Below the pieces are notes generated by a model. The model saw only the letters and a list, made by a program, of their open reading frames with translations, did not search any database and had not been told where the DNA came from. This document shows, piece after piece, positions 1 to 12,399 of a DNA stretch of 64,000 bases (its first letter is position 1; the number at the start of each line of letters is the position of its first letter). The stretch is from the human T2T-CHM13v2.0 reference genome, Homo sapiens. A program made the translations under genes and the position numbers. The DNA lies in NCBI RefSeq assembly GCF_009914755.1, contig NC_060928.1, one strand, 5' to 3'.

Positions 1-480
1 CTAAATTAGAAGGCTAACATTCAAGATATGTGTGTATATGTGTGCATGTGTGCTTGTATTTGAAAGGCCTTCATGTTTTTGTTTTTGTTTTTCCTCTCCT
101 AAGACCTTGTCTTTTTTTGAGCAAAAGTTTTTTTTTTTCTATTTCTTCTCAGTTGACTGAATTCCGTTTTCAATTGATTTTTTTTTTCTAAAATAGTTAT
201 TGCAACAGAGACTACTCTTGGGGTTTTAAGGAGTAGTGTAGTTTAATTTGACTCAAAGAAAAATAAAAGTGTCTCCCTCTAGCACCACCAGACCTTTTCT
301 TTCTGTATTTTATGATGTAAATTTTGCTATTTGATTTTCACCTGAGTTTCTTCCTTTAATGTGCAAATTTAAGGCTATTTAGCTGACAATTGCCTAGGGT
401 TGTGAAACAGTTTATCGAGAATCTGAAAGTCAAAGTGGAAAAAAAGTAGGAGAGGGTCTTTATAAATCTATGATATGTAC

Positions 481-1199
481 TGTAATTGCTCAATGGGTTT
501 ACTTTACCCGCTACCTAAACAGAACCCATTTATCAAGACAGGGGAATTGCAATGGAGAAAATGTAACTTACGCGCAGCAGGCTATGCAGGAGACTGGAGT
601 TTTATTTTTACTCAAATTGGTCTCTCCTAGCATTCCAAAATCAGTTTTTAAAGATAATTTGGTAGGTAGGGGCTTGGGAAGTGGGGAGTGCTGATTGGTC
701 AGGAGATGGAATCACAGCGGGGCAAAGTGAGGTTTTCTTGCTGTCTTCTCTTCCTGGGTGCAATGGCAGAACTGGTTGGGCCAGATTACTGGCCTGGGTG
801 GTGTCAGCTGATCCATCAAGTACAGGATATGCAACATATTCCAAGCACTGATCTTAGGCTTTACAGAAGTGATGTTACCACCAGGAGAAATTTTGGGAGG
901 TTTGGACTTTTGTTGCCAGAGGCTGCATGACCCCTAAACTGTAATTTCTAATTTTGTAGCTAATTTGTTAATCCTGCAAAGGCAGACTGGTACCCAGGCA
1001 AGAAGGGGGTCTTTTCAGGAAAGGGCTGTAATCAATTTTGTTTCAGAGTCAAAACCATAAACTGAATTCCCTTCCAAAGTTAGTTCAGCCTATACTCAGG
1101 AATGAAAAAGGACAGCTTAAAGGTTATGAGGAAGATGGTGCCAGTTAGGTCAAATCATTTTTTCACTGTCTTAGTTATAATTTTGCAATGGTGTTTTCA
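481..1199 (-). mobile_element. LTR8-like solo LTR (ERV1)
   Basis: TG...CA termini (tgtaattgc at 481, ttttca ending 1199); minus strand starts TGAAAACACCATTGCAAAATTATAACT, like the LTR8 5' end; ~720 bp. No clean TSD seen. Confidence 0.8.
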
Positions 1200-1418
1200 T
1201 AACTTTAAATCATGACTATCACAGTTTTGATAAATAATCTAGGTAAACAAAATTAAATAATTAAGTAAATGTAATGGGATAAGTACTTGTATACAAACTG
1301 ATCATAATTTAGAATATAAAGTTATATTAAATTAAATAATAGATATTTCCTTATTTGGGTATTTGGGTATTTTCTAATAAATGTATTTTTTAGAAAAACA
1401 TTCTTGCTAAAAATAAGT

Positions 1419-1419
<1 letters not shown>

Positions 1420-1452
<33 letters not shown>

Positions 1453-1737
1453 AGACGGAGTCTTGCTCGTGATGTCACCCAGCCTGGAGTGCAGTGGTGC
1501 AATCTAAGCTCACTGCAAGCTCCACCTCCCAGGTTCACGCCATTCTCCTGCCTCAGCCTCCTGAGTAGCTGGGGCTACAGGCACCTGCCACCACGCCCGG
1601 CTAATTTTTTGTATTTTTTAGTAGAGACGGGGTTTCACCATGTTAGCCAGGATGGTCTCGATCTCCTGACCTCGTGATCCACCCGCCGTGGCCTCCCATA
1701 GTGCTGGGATTACAGGCATGAGCCACCGCATCCAGCC
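1420..1737 (-). mobile_element. Alu, AluY-like, full length
   Basis: Poly-T then gagacggagtc...ccagcc; AluY-type gcaagctcc/ttcacgccatt; TSD aaataagtg (1411-1419) / atataagtg (1738-1746). Confidence 0.95.
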
Positions 1738-2848
1738 ATATAAGTGACTTTATTTAAAAAAGAAGGTGAAGAAATTTTGTCTAATTCAAAGCTTATTTAA
1801 AGGTTATATATAAAACAAGGTAAAGGGAACCAGGAAATTTAAAAAAAGATGCAAAGAAAGTTATAAAAATAAAGAGGTTTATTTTTTGAGGTAAAAAACT
1901 TTAAAGAGAAATAACGTTATATGAGAAAGAATCTTGTATGTAAGTTTAGTCCTAAAATAAAATAACTGGTTGTTTAAAAAGGAAGGATATTCAGAACAAA
2001 TCAGAAAGTCTTACCCTGACATGAACAGTCAATGGAAGTCACAGTAAGAGGATTCATGTATTTAAAAAATCCAAAAATTTTTATATAATCAAGTTGTCAT
2101 ATTATTATTTTTAGTTTGCTTAGGAAAAAGAAACTTGAGATTTTTTAAAAAATTAAGGTTATTACATCCATGTATCTTCCTATATATGCTTCTAAAATCC
2201 TTGTTACATTGAGTTACAGGGCTTTTAAATCCTGGGTCTAAAAAGGATACCAAATCCTGCTAAATCTTAAACACTGACAGCAATTAAAGCCTCATCTTCA
2301 GGCCCAGTAGAAGATGCCAATCAAAATAAACTGCATTCCTGAGACACACGGCAAGAAATTAAAGCTATTCAGTTCCTCAAAGTCCAGAGACTATCATGGA
2401 AGAGGTGGGCATTTTAGATTTTAAGGGCCAAATTTGAAAGATAAAGTAAGTTCAGTTTCTCTATAATTACTAATGTCAAAGGCACACTAATCCAAAACCA
2501 GTATATGGACCCCTATGTCAGATTAACAAGGTTTTCTTGAGACATTAGCCAACTCCTTAATAGAGGTTATAAAGGTTTTAAAAGTCTTATGGAAGTTATA
2601 TTTTATAATCAAGATTAAATTTTATAAATTGTATACCAAATTTTGAAAAAAATGTAATTGCCTTCATGTTGTTTTTATTAGGGCTACTCATTTAGAAAAT
2701 TAAGTCTCCTCTCTCAAATAATACAGGTTTTCACTTTTTTTGAAATCCTTGAATTATCACTTTGGTTAAATAAATGACTTTAAAATAACCTGTAATCCTA
2801 TTTTGTAATATCAAGTGTTTTAAAACTTTTATATTTGACAAACTTTCC

Positions 2849-3358
2849 TGCCAAGACCAGCTCGGTTGGGGAGACCCTAACCCAGTGGCATTAGAGGAAT
2901 TAAAGACACACACAGAAATATAGAGGTGTGAAGTGGGAAATCAGGGGTCTCACAGCCTTCAGAGCTGAGAGCCCTGAACAGAGATTTACCCACATATTTA
3001 TTAACAGCAAACCAGTCATTAGCATTGTTTCTATAGATATTAAATTAACTAAAAGTATCCCTTATGGGAAATGAAGGGATGGGCAGAATTAAAGGAAAAG
3101 GTTGGGCTAGTTAACTGCAGCAGGAGTATGTCCTTAAGGCACAGATCACTCATGCTATTGTTTGTGGCTTAAGAATGTCTTTAAGCAGTTTTCCACCCTG
3201 GGTGGGCCAGGTGTTCCTTGCCCTCATTCCCATAAACCCACAAACTTCCAGTGTGGCTGTTAGGGCCATTATGAACATGTTACAGTGCTGCAGAGATTTT
3301 GTTTATGCCCAGTTTTGGGGCCAGTTTATGGCCAGATTTTGGAGGCCTGCTCCCAACA
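2849..3358 (-). mobile_element. MER9 solo LTR (HERV-K9/HML-3)
   Basis: Minus strand begins TGTTGGGAGCAGGCCTCCAAAATCTGGCCATAAACTGGCCCC; 510 bp; perfect 6-bp TSD CTTTCC at 2843-2848 and 3359-3364, the TSD size expected for betaretrovirus-like ERVs. Confidence 0.92.
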
Positions 3359-5238
3359 CTTTCCAAAATCATATTATAAATTATGTCTATTTCTAACCTA
3401 AGTAATCCTTTAAGACATTGGGTTCCTTAAAGCCCAAAAATGACATACCTTGGCTTATTTGGTATAAAAATTATACAGGAAGCATTGTCAATTATGAAAT
3501 GATGTTTGGTTTTCTTTGCACTGTATTTGTATAAATATGTTATTGGTATGTGTTCCAAAATTATGGGAAACTCCTGTAATTTTGATATAACTTAGAGTAC
3601 ATTATCAGTAACAATAATCATTTTCATGTTAAAATTATTGTGTGCCACAGAGGTAACAAATATTCTTGTCAGTTGTGTCTTTTAACTATGGCTTCCTTAA
3701 AACTTCTTTTATTCATCAATAGACAATTGTCTTATTTTGTCTTGTTTTTAACCCTCTTTAAAAGGTTTACAATCAGATATAAAACTCTAACAAGTGCACT
3801 TAAATGCAGATTTTCTGATAACTTTGAAAATTGTGACATTGAAATAAAGGGAAAAATTTCAGAACTGTAATGGAGAGCTGAAATGTTCATGACTATCAAA
3901 CAGAACAGGAGTTAACTGAATTAATTGAACCAACAGAAAACCTAAGTTATCTTTTTTACCTTTTGCTTAAAATGTTGTTGATATTTTGTTTTGTTTTTCA
4001 GAGTTAAGAAAACTTTTCTTTTAAGCTATTTACAGCTCTTAACAATTGAGTAAAGTATGCTCCTTTGAACAAAATTTGGAGCAAAATTTTGAACAAAAAT
4101 CTCTGCCTCATTTCTCCAGAATTTCAAAACTATTTGTGAGTATTCTTAATTTAGAGCAATACAGTTTTTTGCATAAGTGCAATAAGAATCTGTTTTCTTT
4201 TCCAATAAGACACAATTGGAGACTGTTTATTTGACCAAGGCTTTGACTGGAATGTTGTGCTTTCCTTTAAGGAATCAAACTTGACTTTTAAGCAATCAAA
4301 CTTTACTTACAGAGCCAATAAAACCCTTGGAAAAACTGACCTCCTATTTTGTGTACACAGTCCCTGTACAGGTTTTCTGACCTGTGGTAAGTAAAGAATG
4401 CCACTTTCTGACAGGCACAGTAGCCCCAGGTTTATCTTAGAACCTCAAGAGGAGAGGAAATTCACCCAGCTCATAGGTATTTGATGGCACAAATCCATGG
4501 CTGGGTTCGGCTTTAAAAAAGTTTTATCCTCCTATGGAGCAAAGTTCCATTAAAGCCAATTTAAAACCCATGTAAAAATAATTACTCTTGCTGAACTGTA
4601 TACAAATAATTAGGCCAAGTATATTAAAGCAAACTAGTCCTAGCATGATTTGAATTTAGTAAAAAGGGGAAAATGGGGAGAGAAAAAAATTATGTTTCAA
4701 AACTACTGTAAACCTGTTGTTAGATTATAGTCTTGCCTAATGTTTTTTCAATTTTTATTATTTTCTACAGTTTGGAACAAATTCTAAGTTTTCTTGGCTA
4801 CAAATCTTCAAAATCATGTTTTCAATTACCTTTTCTTCTTTTTTTCCCATTTTTTCTAATTTGGAGGCACTGAAAACCAAGCTGTGCTTTCTTAAATCCC
4901 TGCAAACTGAAGCCAGACAACTTAAACGCCAGGAGAAAATAACAGCAACCTATGTACATACATAAGCCACTTTCATACCTGTGGACTAACGTACGGACTT
5001 CAGAGTAATGTGGTCTATATTGATATTTTCAGGATTGTTCTTTCATTTGTTGTTGTTTTTTCTTTCTTCCTCCCCCACCCCCATTTTATCTTCACAGGAC
5101 ATGAGACTTCACAACCTGGTAAAAATGAGCTTTTGGGACCTACCCATGTAGAAATAAATCATCCTAGTCATGAGAAATCAGATGAAATCTGAGACCAGAG
5201 ATTCATTTTCCCATAAAATGTTCTTCCAAAAGATTTTT

Positions 5239-5257
5239 AAAAAGAAAGGGGGAGAAA
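5239..5257 (+). other. Retroviral polypurine tract
   Basis: aaaaagaaagggggagaaa immediately before the TG of the LTR at 5258. Confidence 0.75.
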
Positions 5258-5718
5258 TGTGAAAGAAAAACATCTTGGGCCCCCAAAATCACTACGGAAA
5301 ACTCAAGCTAGAAACTGCTTAGGGCAAACCTGCCTCTTATTCTATTCAAAGTCACCCCTCTGCTCACTGAGATAGATGCATATCTCATTGCCTTCTTTGG
5401 AAATGCTCATCAGAAACTCAAAGGAATGTAACTCTTTGTGTATTACCTATCTGCGACTTGAAAGCTCCCTCTCTGCCTCCAGTCTTCCTGCCTGTGCTTC
5501 AATTTGTCCTACCTTTTGAGACTGAACCAATGTACTTCTTACATATATTGATTGATGCCTCATGTTTCCCTAAAATGTATAAAACCAAGCTGTGCCCTGA
5601 CCACCTTAGGCACATGTCATCAGGATTTCCTGAGGCTGTATCATGGGTGTGTCCTCAATGTTGGTAAAATAAACTTTCTAAATTAACTGAGACCTGTCTC
5701 AGTTTTTCTCCATTCACA
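5258..5718 (+). mobile_element. MER4A1-like LTR (3' LTR of the MER4 provirus)
   Basis: TGTGAAAG...TTCACA termini, gggcccccaaaatcacta and aaagtcacccctctgctcactgagat motifs, AATAAA near 3' end, preceded by PPT. Confidence 0.85.
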
Positions 5719-6236
5719 ACTGTAACTGAAGTGTGTAAATTATTCTTATCCTAATTAGAAAAACAATGAACTAATAAAAATAATAACTACAAGAAATTTT
5801 TAAGACATAGTCAATATAATAAGATAGAAATTTTAAAAAAGATAAAAAGCATGGGGATGAAGTTATGGTATAGAATTTTTGTTAGTTTTCTTTTGGATTA
5901 TTTGTTTATGCAAATAGTGTTAAGCTGTTATCAGGTTAAAATAATAGGTTATTTGACAGTATTTGCAAGCCTTATAGTAACTCCAAGCCCAAAAAACATA
6001 AAATGGATACACAAAAATAAGAAGAAAGAAATTAATCATATCACCTGAGAATATAAACATGAAGATTATAGGAAGACAGGAATGAAGGAAATAAGGAAAA
6101 GAAGACCACAAAGCAACCGGAAAACAACAAAATGACAGGAGTAAAGTCCTTACCTATTAATAATAACATTGAATGTAAGTGGAGTAAACTCTCCAATCAA
6201 AAGACACAGAGTTGCTAAATAGATTTTAAAAAATTA

Positions 6237-6327
6237 GGCCAGGCTTTGGCAAGACAGGTGGGTCACCTGAGGCCAGGAGTTTGAGACCAGCCTGGCAAAC
6301 ATGGTGAAACACTGTCTCCCTAAAAAA

Positions 6328-6362
<35 letters not shown>

Positions 6363-6402
6363 AATATAAAAAGAAAGAAAGAAAAAAGAAAAGAAAAAGA
6401 AA
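6237..6402 (+). mobile_element. Alu left monomer only, internally deleted, with (AAAT)n/(AAAG)n tail
   Basis: ggccagg-ctttgg...cacctgaggccaggagtttgagaccagcctgg...aaacatggtgaaac, then simple-repeat tail; interrupts L1 ORF2. Confidence 0.85.
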
Positions 6403-8824
6403 TCATGATCCAATGTTCTGGTGTCTATGAGAAACACACTTCACCTACAAATACACACACAGACTGAAAATAATGGGATGGAAAAAACATATCATGTCAA
6501 TGGAGACCATAAAAAAAGCAGGAGTAGCTATGCTTAGACAAAGTAGACTTCAAAACAAAAGGTATAAGAAGGGACAAAGATGGTCACCATGTAATGATAA
6601 AGGGATCAATTCAGCAAGAGGATATAACAATTTTAAATGTATATTCACCCAACACTGGAGCACCCAGATATATAAAGCAAATATTATTAGAGCTAAAAAG
6701 AGAGACAGGTCCCAATACAATAATAGCTGGAGGCTTCAGCACCCCACCTTCAGCATTGTATAGTGCTTCCAGATAGAAAGTCAAAAAAGTGACATCAAAC
6801 TTAATCTGCACTATAGACCAAATGGATCTAGTCTATATTACAGAAAATTTCATTAAAGAGTTACAGAATACATATTGTTTTCCTCAGCATATGGATTATT
6901 CTCAAGGATAGACCATATGTTATGTCACAAAACAAGTCTTCATTCCAAAAAACTGAAATAATATCAGCATCTTTTCTGATCACAATGGAATAATAGAAAT
7001 TACTAAGAAGAGGAATTTTGGAAACTATACAAATACAGGAAATTAAACAAACAATATGCTCCTGAATGACTAGTTGGTCAATTAAGAATTGAGAAGGAAA
7101 TTGAAAAATTTCTTGAAACAAATGATAATGGAAACACACTATACCAAAACCTATAGAATATAGCAAAAGCAATACTCATAGGGAAGTTTATAGCCATAAG
7201 TGCCTACGTCAAAAAAGAGAAAAAAACTTCAAATAAACAATCTAATGGTGCATCTTAAATAATTAGAAAAGCAAGAGCAAACAAACCCCAAATTAGTAGA
7301 AAAAAAGAAATAATAAAAATCAGAGAAGAAATAAATGAAATTGAAATGAAAAAAGCAATACAGAAGATCAATGAAACAAAAAGTTGGTTTTTTGAAAAGT
7401 TAAACAAAATTTAACAAAAGTTAAACAAAACTTTAGCCAGACTAAGAAAAAGAGATAGAATCCAAATAAATAAAATCAGAAATTGAAAAGGAGACATTAC
7501 AACTAATATTGCAGAAATTTGAAGGATCATCCATGGAAACTATGAGCATATATGCCAATAAGCTGGAAAAGCTGAAAGAAATGGACAAATTCTTACATAT
7601 ATACAAACTACCAAGATTGAATCAAGAAGAAATCTAAAACTTAAGTAGACCAACAAGTAATGAGATTGACGTCTCCCAGTAAAGAAGAGCCCAGGACCCA
7701 ATAGCTTTACTGATTAATTCTACCAAACTTTTAAAGAAATAATACTATCCTATTCAAACTATTCCAAAATATACAGCAGGAGGGAATACTTCCAAACTCA
7801 TTCTATGAGGCCAGTATTACCCTGATACCAAAACCAGAAAAAGACATATCAAAAAAAAAAAAAACCAAAAAAAAAAAACAACACAGGCCAATGTCTCTGA
7901 TGAGTATTGATGCAAAAATCCTCAACCAAATATTAGCAAACTGAATTCAACAATATATTAAAAGATCATTCATCATGATCAAGTGGGATTTATCTCTGGG
8001 ATTCAAGAATGATTCTACATATGCAAATCAATCATGTGATACATCATATCAACAGAATGAGGAATAAAACCATATGATCATTTCAATTGATGCTGAAAAA
8101 GCATTTGATAAAATTTGACATCCCTTCATGATAAACCCTCAAAACTGGGTATAAAAGGAACACACAAAAATCAGTAATGTTTCTATATGCCAACAGTGAA
8201 TAATGCAAAAAAGAAAAAAGTAATCTTTTTTACAATAGCAACACATACAACAAAATACATATAATTAACCACATAAGTGAAAAATCTCTATAATGAAAAG
8301 CATAAAACACTGATGAAAGAAATTGAAGAGAACACCAATGAATGGAAAATAAATGTTTTGTGTTCATGGCTTGGGATAATCAATATTGTTAAAATGTCAA
8401 TACTACTCAAGCAATCTACAGATTAAAGGCAATCCCTATCAAAGTAGCAATGATATTCTTCAAATAAATAGGAAAAAAATCATAAAATGCACATTGAACC
8501 ACAAAAGACCCAGAATAGCCAAAGCTATCCTAAGCAAAAAGAACAAAACTGGAGGAATTATATTACCTGACTTCAAATTATACTACAGAGTTATAGTAAA
8601 CAAAACAACATGGTATTGTCATAAAAACAGACACAGAGACCAACAGAGCAGAATATGGAACCCAGAAACAAATCTACACAACTACACTGAACTCATTTTT
8701 GACAAAGATGCCAAGACTGGAAAAAAGACAGTCTCTTCATTAACTGGTGCTGAGAAAACTGGATATCCATATGAAAAAGAATGAATCTAGACCCCTATGT
8801 CTCACTATATATAAAAACTAAATA

Positions 8825-9085
<261 letters not shown>

Positions 9086-9310
9086 TCAAACCATAAAACT
9101 CTCTACAAGAAAATCCTGGGGGAAAATCTCCAGGACATTGGTCTGAGCAAAAATTTCTTCAGCCATAGCCCACAAACACAGGCAATCAAAATGGGATCAT
9201 GGACAAATGGGATCACATCAAGTTAAAAAGCTTATGCACAGCAAAGATGTAATCAACAAAGTGAAGAGACAACCCACAGAAAGAGAGACAATATTTGCAA
9301 ACTACCCTTC

Positions 9311-9659
9311 TGTGTTAGTCCATTTTCATACTGCTAGGAAAAAATACCCAAGACTAGGTAATTTACAAAGTTAAAGAGTTTTAATGGACTCACAATTCCA
9401 TATGGATGGAGAGGCCTCACAATCATGGCAGAAACTGAAGGAGGAGCAAAGGCATGTCTTATATGGTGGTAGGCAAGACAGCACGTGCAAGGGAACTGCC
9501 CTCTATAAAACCTTAGATCTTATGAGACTTATTCACTATCACAAGAACCCACCCCCATAATTCAATTACCTGCCACTGGGTCCCTCATACGACATGTGGT
9601 GATTATGGGAGCTACAATTCAAGATGAGACTTGGGTGGGGACACAGCCAAATCATATCG
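9311..9659 (-). mobile_element. THE1 (THE1C-like) solo LTR, ERVL-MaLR
   Basis: tgtgttagtccattttcatactgct ... gggtggggacacagccaaatcatatc is the reverse complement of a THE1 LTR; ~350 bp; interrupts the L1. Confidence 0.9.
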
Positions 9660-10698
9660 CTCTTTAAGAATGGATTAATAATGAGAATGTATAAGTAGCA
9701 CAAACTATAGGAAAAAAATCTAATAATCCAATCAAAAGACAGGCAAAAATTTGGATAGATATTTCTCAAAAGAAGACATATAAATGGTAAACAGGCATAT
9801 GAAAATGTGCTCAACATTATTATCATCAGAGAGATGCAAATCAAAACTACAATGAGATATCATCTCACCCCAGTTAAAATGGCTTTTATTCAAAAGACAG
9901 GAAATAATGAATGATGGTGAGAATGTGGAGAAAAAGGGAACCCTTGTACACTGTTGGTGGGAATGTAAATTAGAACAGCTACTATGGAGAAGAGTTTGGA
10001 GGTTCCTCAAAAAACTAAAAATTGAGCTACCATATCATTCAGCAATCTCACTGCTAGGTGTATACCCATAAGAAAGGAAATCAGTATATTAAAGAGATAT
10101 CTGCATTCCTATGTTTGTTGCAGCGCTGTTTACACTAGCTATGTTTTGGAAGCAACCCAAGTGCCCATCAGCAGATTAATGGATAAAGAAAATGTGGTAC
10201 ATATACACCATGAAGTACTATTCAGCCATTAAAAGGAATGAGAGCCAGTCATTTGCAACAACATGGCTGGAACTGGAGGTCATTATGTTAAGTGAAATAA
10301 GCCAGGCACAAAAAGACAAACATCAGTGAGATGATTGTCAAACATCTCACTGATTGACAAAACAATAAGTGAGAAGACAAAGTGTTCTCACTTATTTGTG
10401 GGAGCTAAAAATCAAAACAATTGAATTCATGGTTGTACGGAGTAGAAGGATGGTTACCAGAGGCTGGGAAGGGTACTGAGGTATTGGGGGTGGGGGACGG
10501 AGGTGGGGATGGTTAATGTGTACTAAAAATAGAATAAATAAGACCTACTATTTGATAGCACAATAGGGTGACTATAGTCAATAATAACTTAAAGGTATAT
10601 TTTAAAATCAAATAATGTAATTGAATAGTTTGTAACTCAAATGATAAATGTTTGACAAGAGGGCTAACCCATTCTTTATCATATGCTTATTTCACATT

Positions 10699-11085
10699 AA
10701 ACTATGGATACAGTAAAAAAGATCAGTGGTTGTCAATAGTTACATCAGAGAGAGTGGTGAATAGGCAAGCACGGAGGGTTTTTAGGGCACTGAAACTATT
10801 CAGTACCATATTGTAGTGTTGGGTGTTGGAGACATGCCATTATGTATCTTTTAAAACCCATAGAAAATACAAGTGTGAACCCTATGTAAAATATGGGCTT
10901 TGGGTGATTATGATATGTCGATATAGGTTCATTGATTTTAACAAATGTACCACTGTGGTGGGGGATGTTGATAATGGAGGAGGCTATGTGTGTGCGTGGG
11001 AAGGGGTATACGGGAAATCTCTCTACCTTCCTCTTAATTTTGCTGTGAACCTAAAACTGCTCTAAAAATAAAGCATATTTTTGGA
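10699..11085 (+). mobile_element. L1MC1-like 3' end fragment
   Basis: actatggatacagtaaaaaagatcagtggttg ... gtgaaccctatgtaaaatatggg ... ttttgctgtgaacctaaaactgctctaaaaataaa. Confidence 0.8.
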
Positions 11086-11094
11086 AAGGAAAAA

Positions 11095-11722
11095 AATTTA
11101 AAAATCAAAAAACAGATGCTGGTGAGGCTATGGAGAAAAAGGAATGCTTACACACGGTCGGTGGGAATGTTAATTAGTTCAGCCACTGTAGAAAGCAGTT
11201 TGGAGATTTCTCAAAGAACTTAAAACAGAGCTTCCATTTGAGCCAGTAATCCCATTACTGGGTACGTACATAAAGGAAACTAGATCATTATGCCAAAAAG
11301 ACACATGCACGTGTATGTTCATTGCCGCACTGTTCATAATAGCAAAGACATGGAATCAACATAGATGCCCATCAATGGTGGATTGGATTAAAAAAATGTG
11401 GTACATATACACCATGGAATACTACAAAGCCATGAAAATGAATGAAATCATGCTCTTTGCAGCAACCTAAATGGAGTTAGAGGCCATAATCCTAAGCAAA
11501 TTAATGCAGGAAGAGAAAAACAAATACTGCATGTTCTTACTTACAAGAGGGAACTATTCATTGCACACACATGGGCATAAACATGGGAACAACAGACACT
11601 ACAGATACTAGGGGTGAGGAAGGAGGGGGATGTGGGTTGAAAAACTACCTGTTGGGCACTATGTTCACGATCTATGAGCAATATACTCATGTAATATCTA
11701 AAATAAAAACTGAAAAAAAAAA
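11095..11722 (+). mobile_element. L1PA16/17-like 3' end
   Basis: End of ORF2 (atgtggtacatatacaccatggaatac) plus 3' UTR gggttgaaaaactacctgttggg and A-rich tail. Confidence 0.82.
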
Positions 11723-12084
11723 CAATCAGGGTGAAGTAGATGGCGAGTTGGTGGAGGTGATATGTTCTCAAATTCTTTCCTAGTATTTTCCAAAAGTAAG
11801 AATAAATACACTGAAATGCTTGTGGAAAGATTCAGTCTTATTATATTTTTATAATATATTCTCCAATGGATGTGGCAGATTCAGCCAATTGGACCCTAAA
11901 ATCATCAAACATTAACATCACATTATTTACTTGTCTTTGGCTAGTTTCTGGCTTATCAAATGATCTAATAATTTGGCTTTCACAGTTTTTCTTAAATAAG
12001 AAACTTAAAAACTTAAAATGTGTTAGCAATTTTAAAAATAGCTAACACATTTGATGATTGTATTTCTTTAAAAATTAACAAATT

Positions 12085-12399
12085 AGCCAGGCACGGTAGC
12101 TAATGCCTGTAATCCCAGCACTTTGGGAGGCCAAGGCCTGTGGATCACGAGGTCAGGAGATCTAGACCATCGTGGCTAACACGATGAAACCCCGTCTCTA
12201 CTAAAAATACAAAAAATTAGTTGTGTCTGGTGGCGGGCGCCTGTAGTCCCAGCTACTCGGGAGACTGAGGCAGGAGAATGGTGTGAACCTGGGAGGCGAA
12301 GTTGCAGTGAACTAGAATTGCACCACTGCACTCCAGCCTGGGCGACAGAGTGAGACTCCGTCTCAAAAAAAAAAAAAAAAATAATAATAATAATAATAA
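12085..12399 (+). mobile_element. Alu, AluY-like, full length with A/(AAT)n tail
   Basis: Dimeric Alu with ggatcacgaggtcaggagatc and gaatggtgtgaacc; TSD taacaaatt / taacacatt. Confidence 0.95.

Larger units (their letters stand above)
1..5257 (+). mobile_element. ERV1 MER4-group internal sequence (MER4-int-like, non-coding), 5' part outside the window
   Basis: AT-rich, ORF-free segment ending in a polypurine tract directly followed by a MER4A1-type LTR; interrupted by LTR8, AluY and MER9. Family assignment from recalled consensus. Confidence 0.72.

Noticed and set aside
1417-1677. Alu-derived ORFs (also 8840-9025, 21101-21388, 46318-46564, 52180-52843)
   Set aside because: Standard antisense-Alu translations with no exon evidence.
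8386-8784. 132-aa ORF and other L1 ORF2-like ORFs (13776-14219, 55149-55430, 58741-59073)
   Set aside because: Pieces of frameshifted, stop-containing L1 ORF2; no intact L1 in the window.
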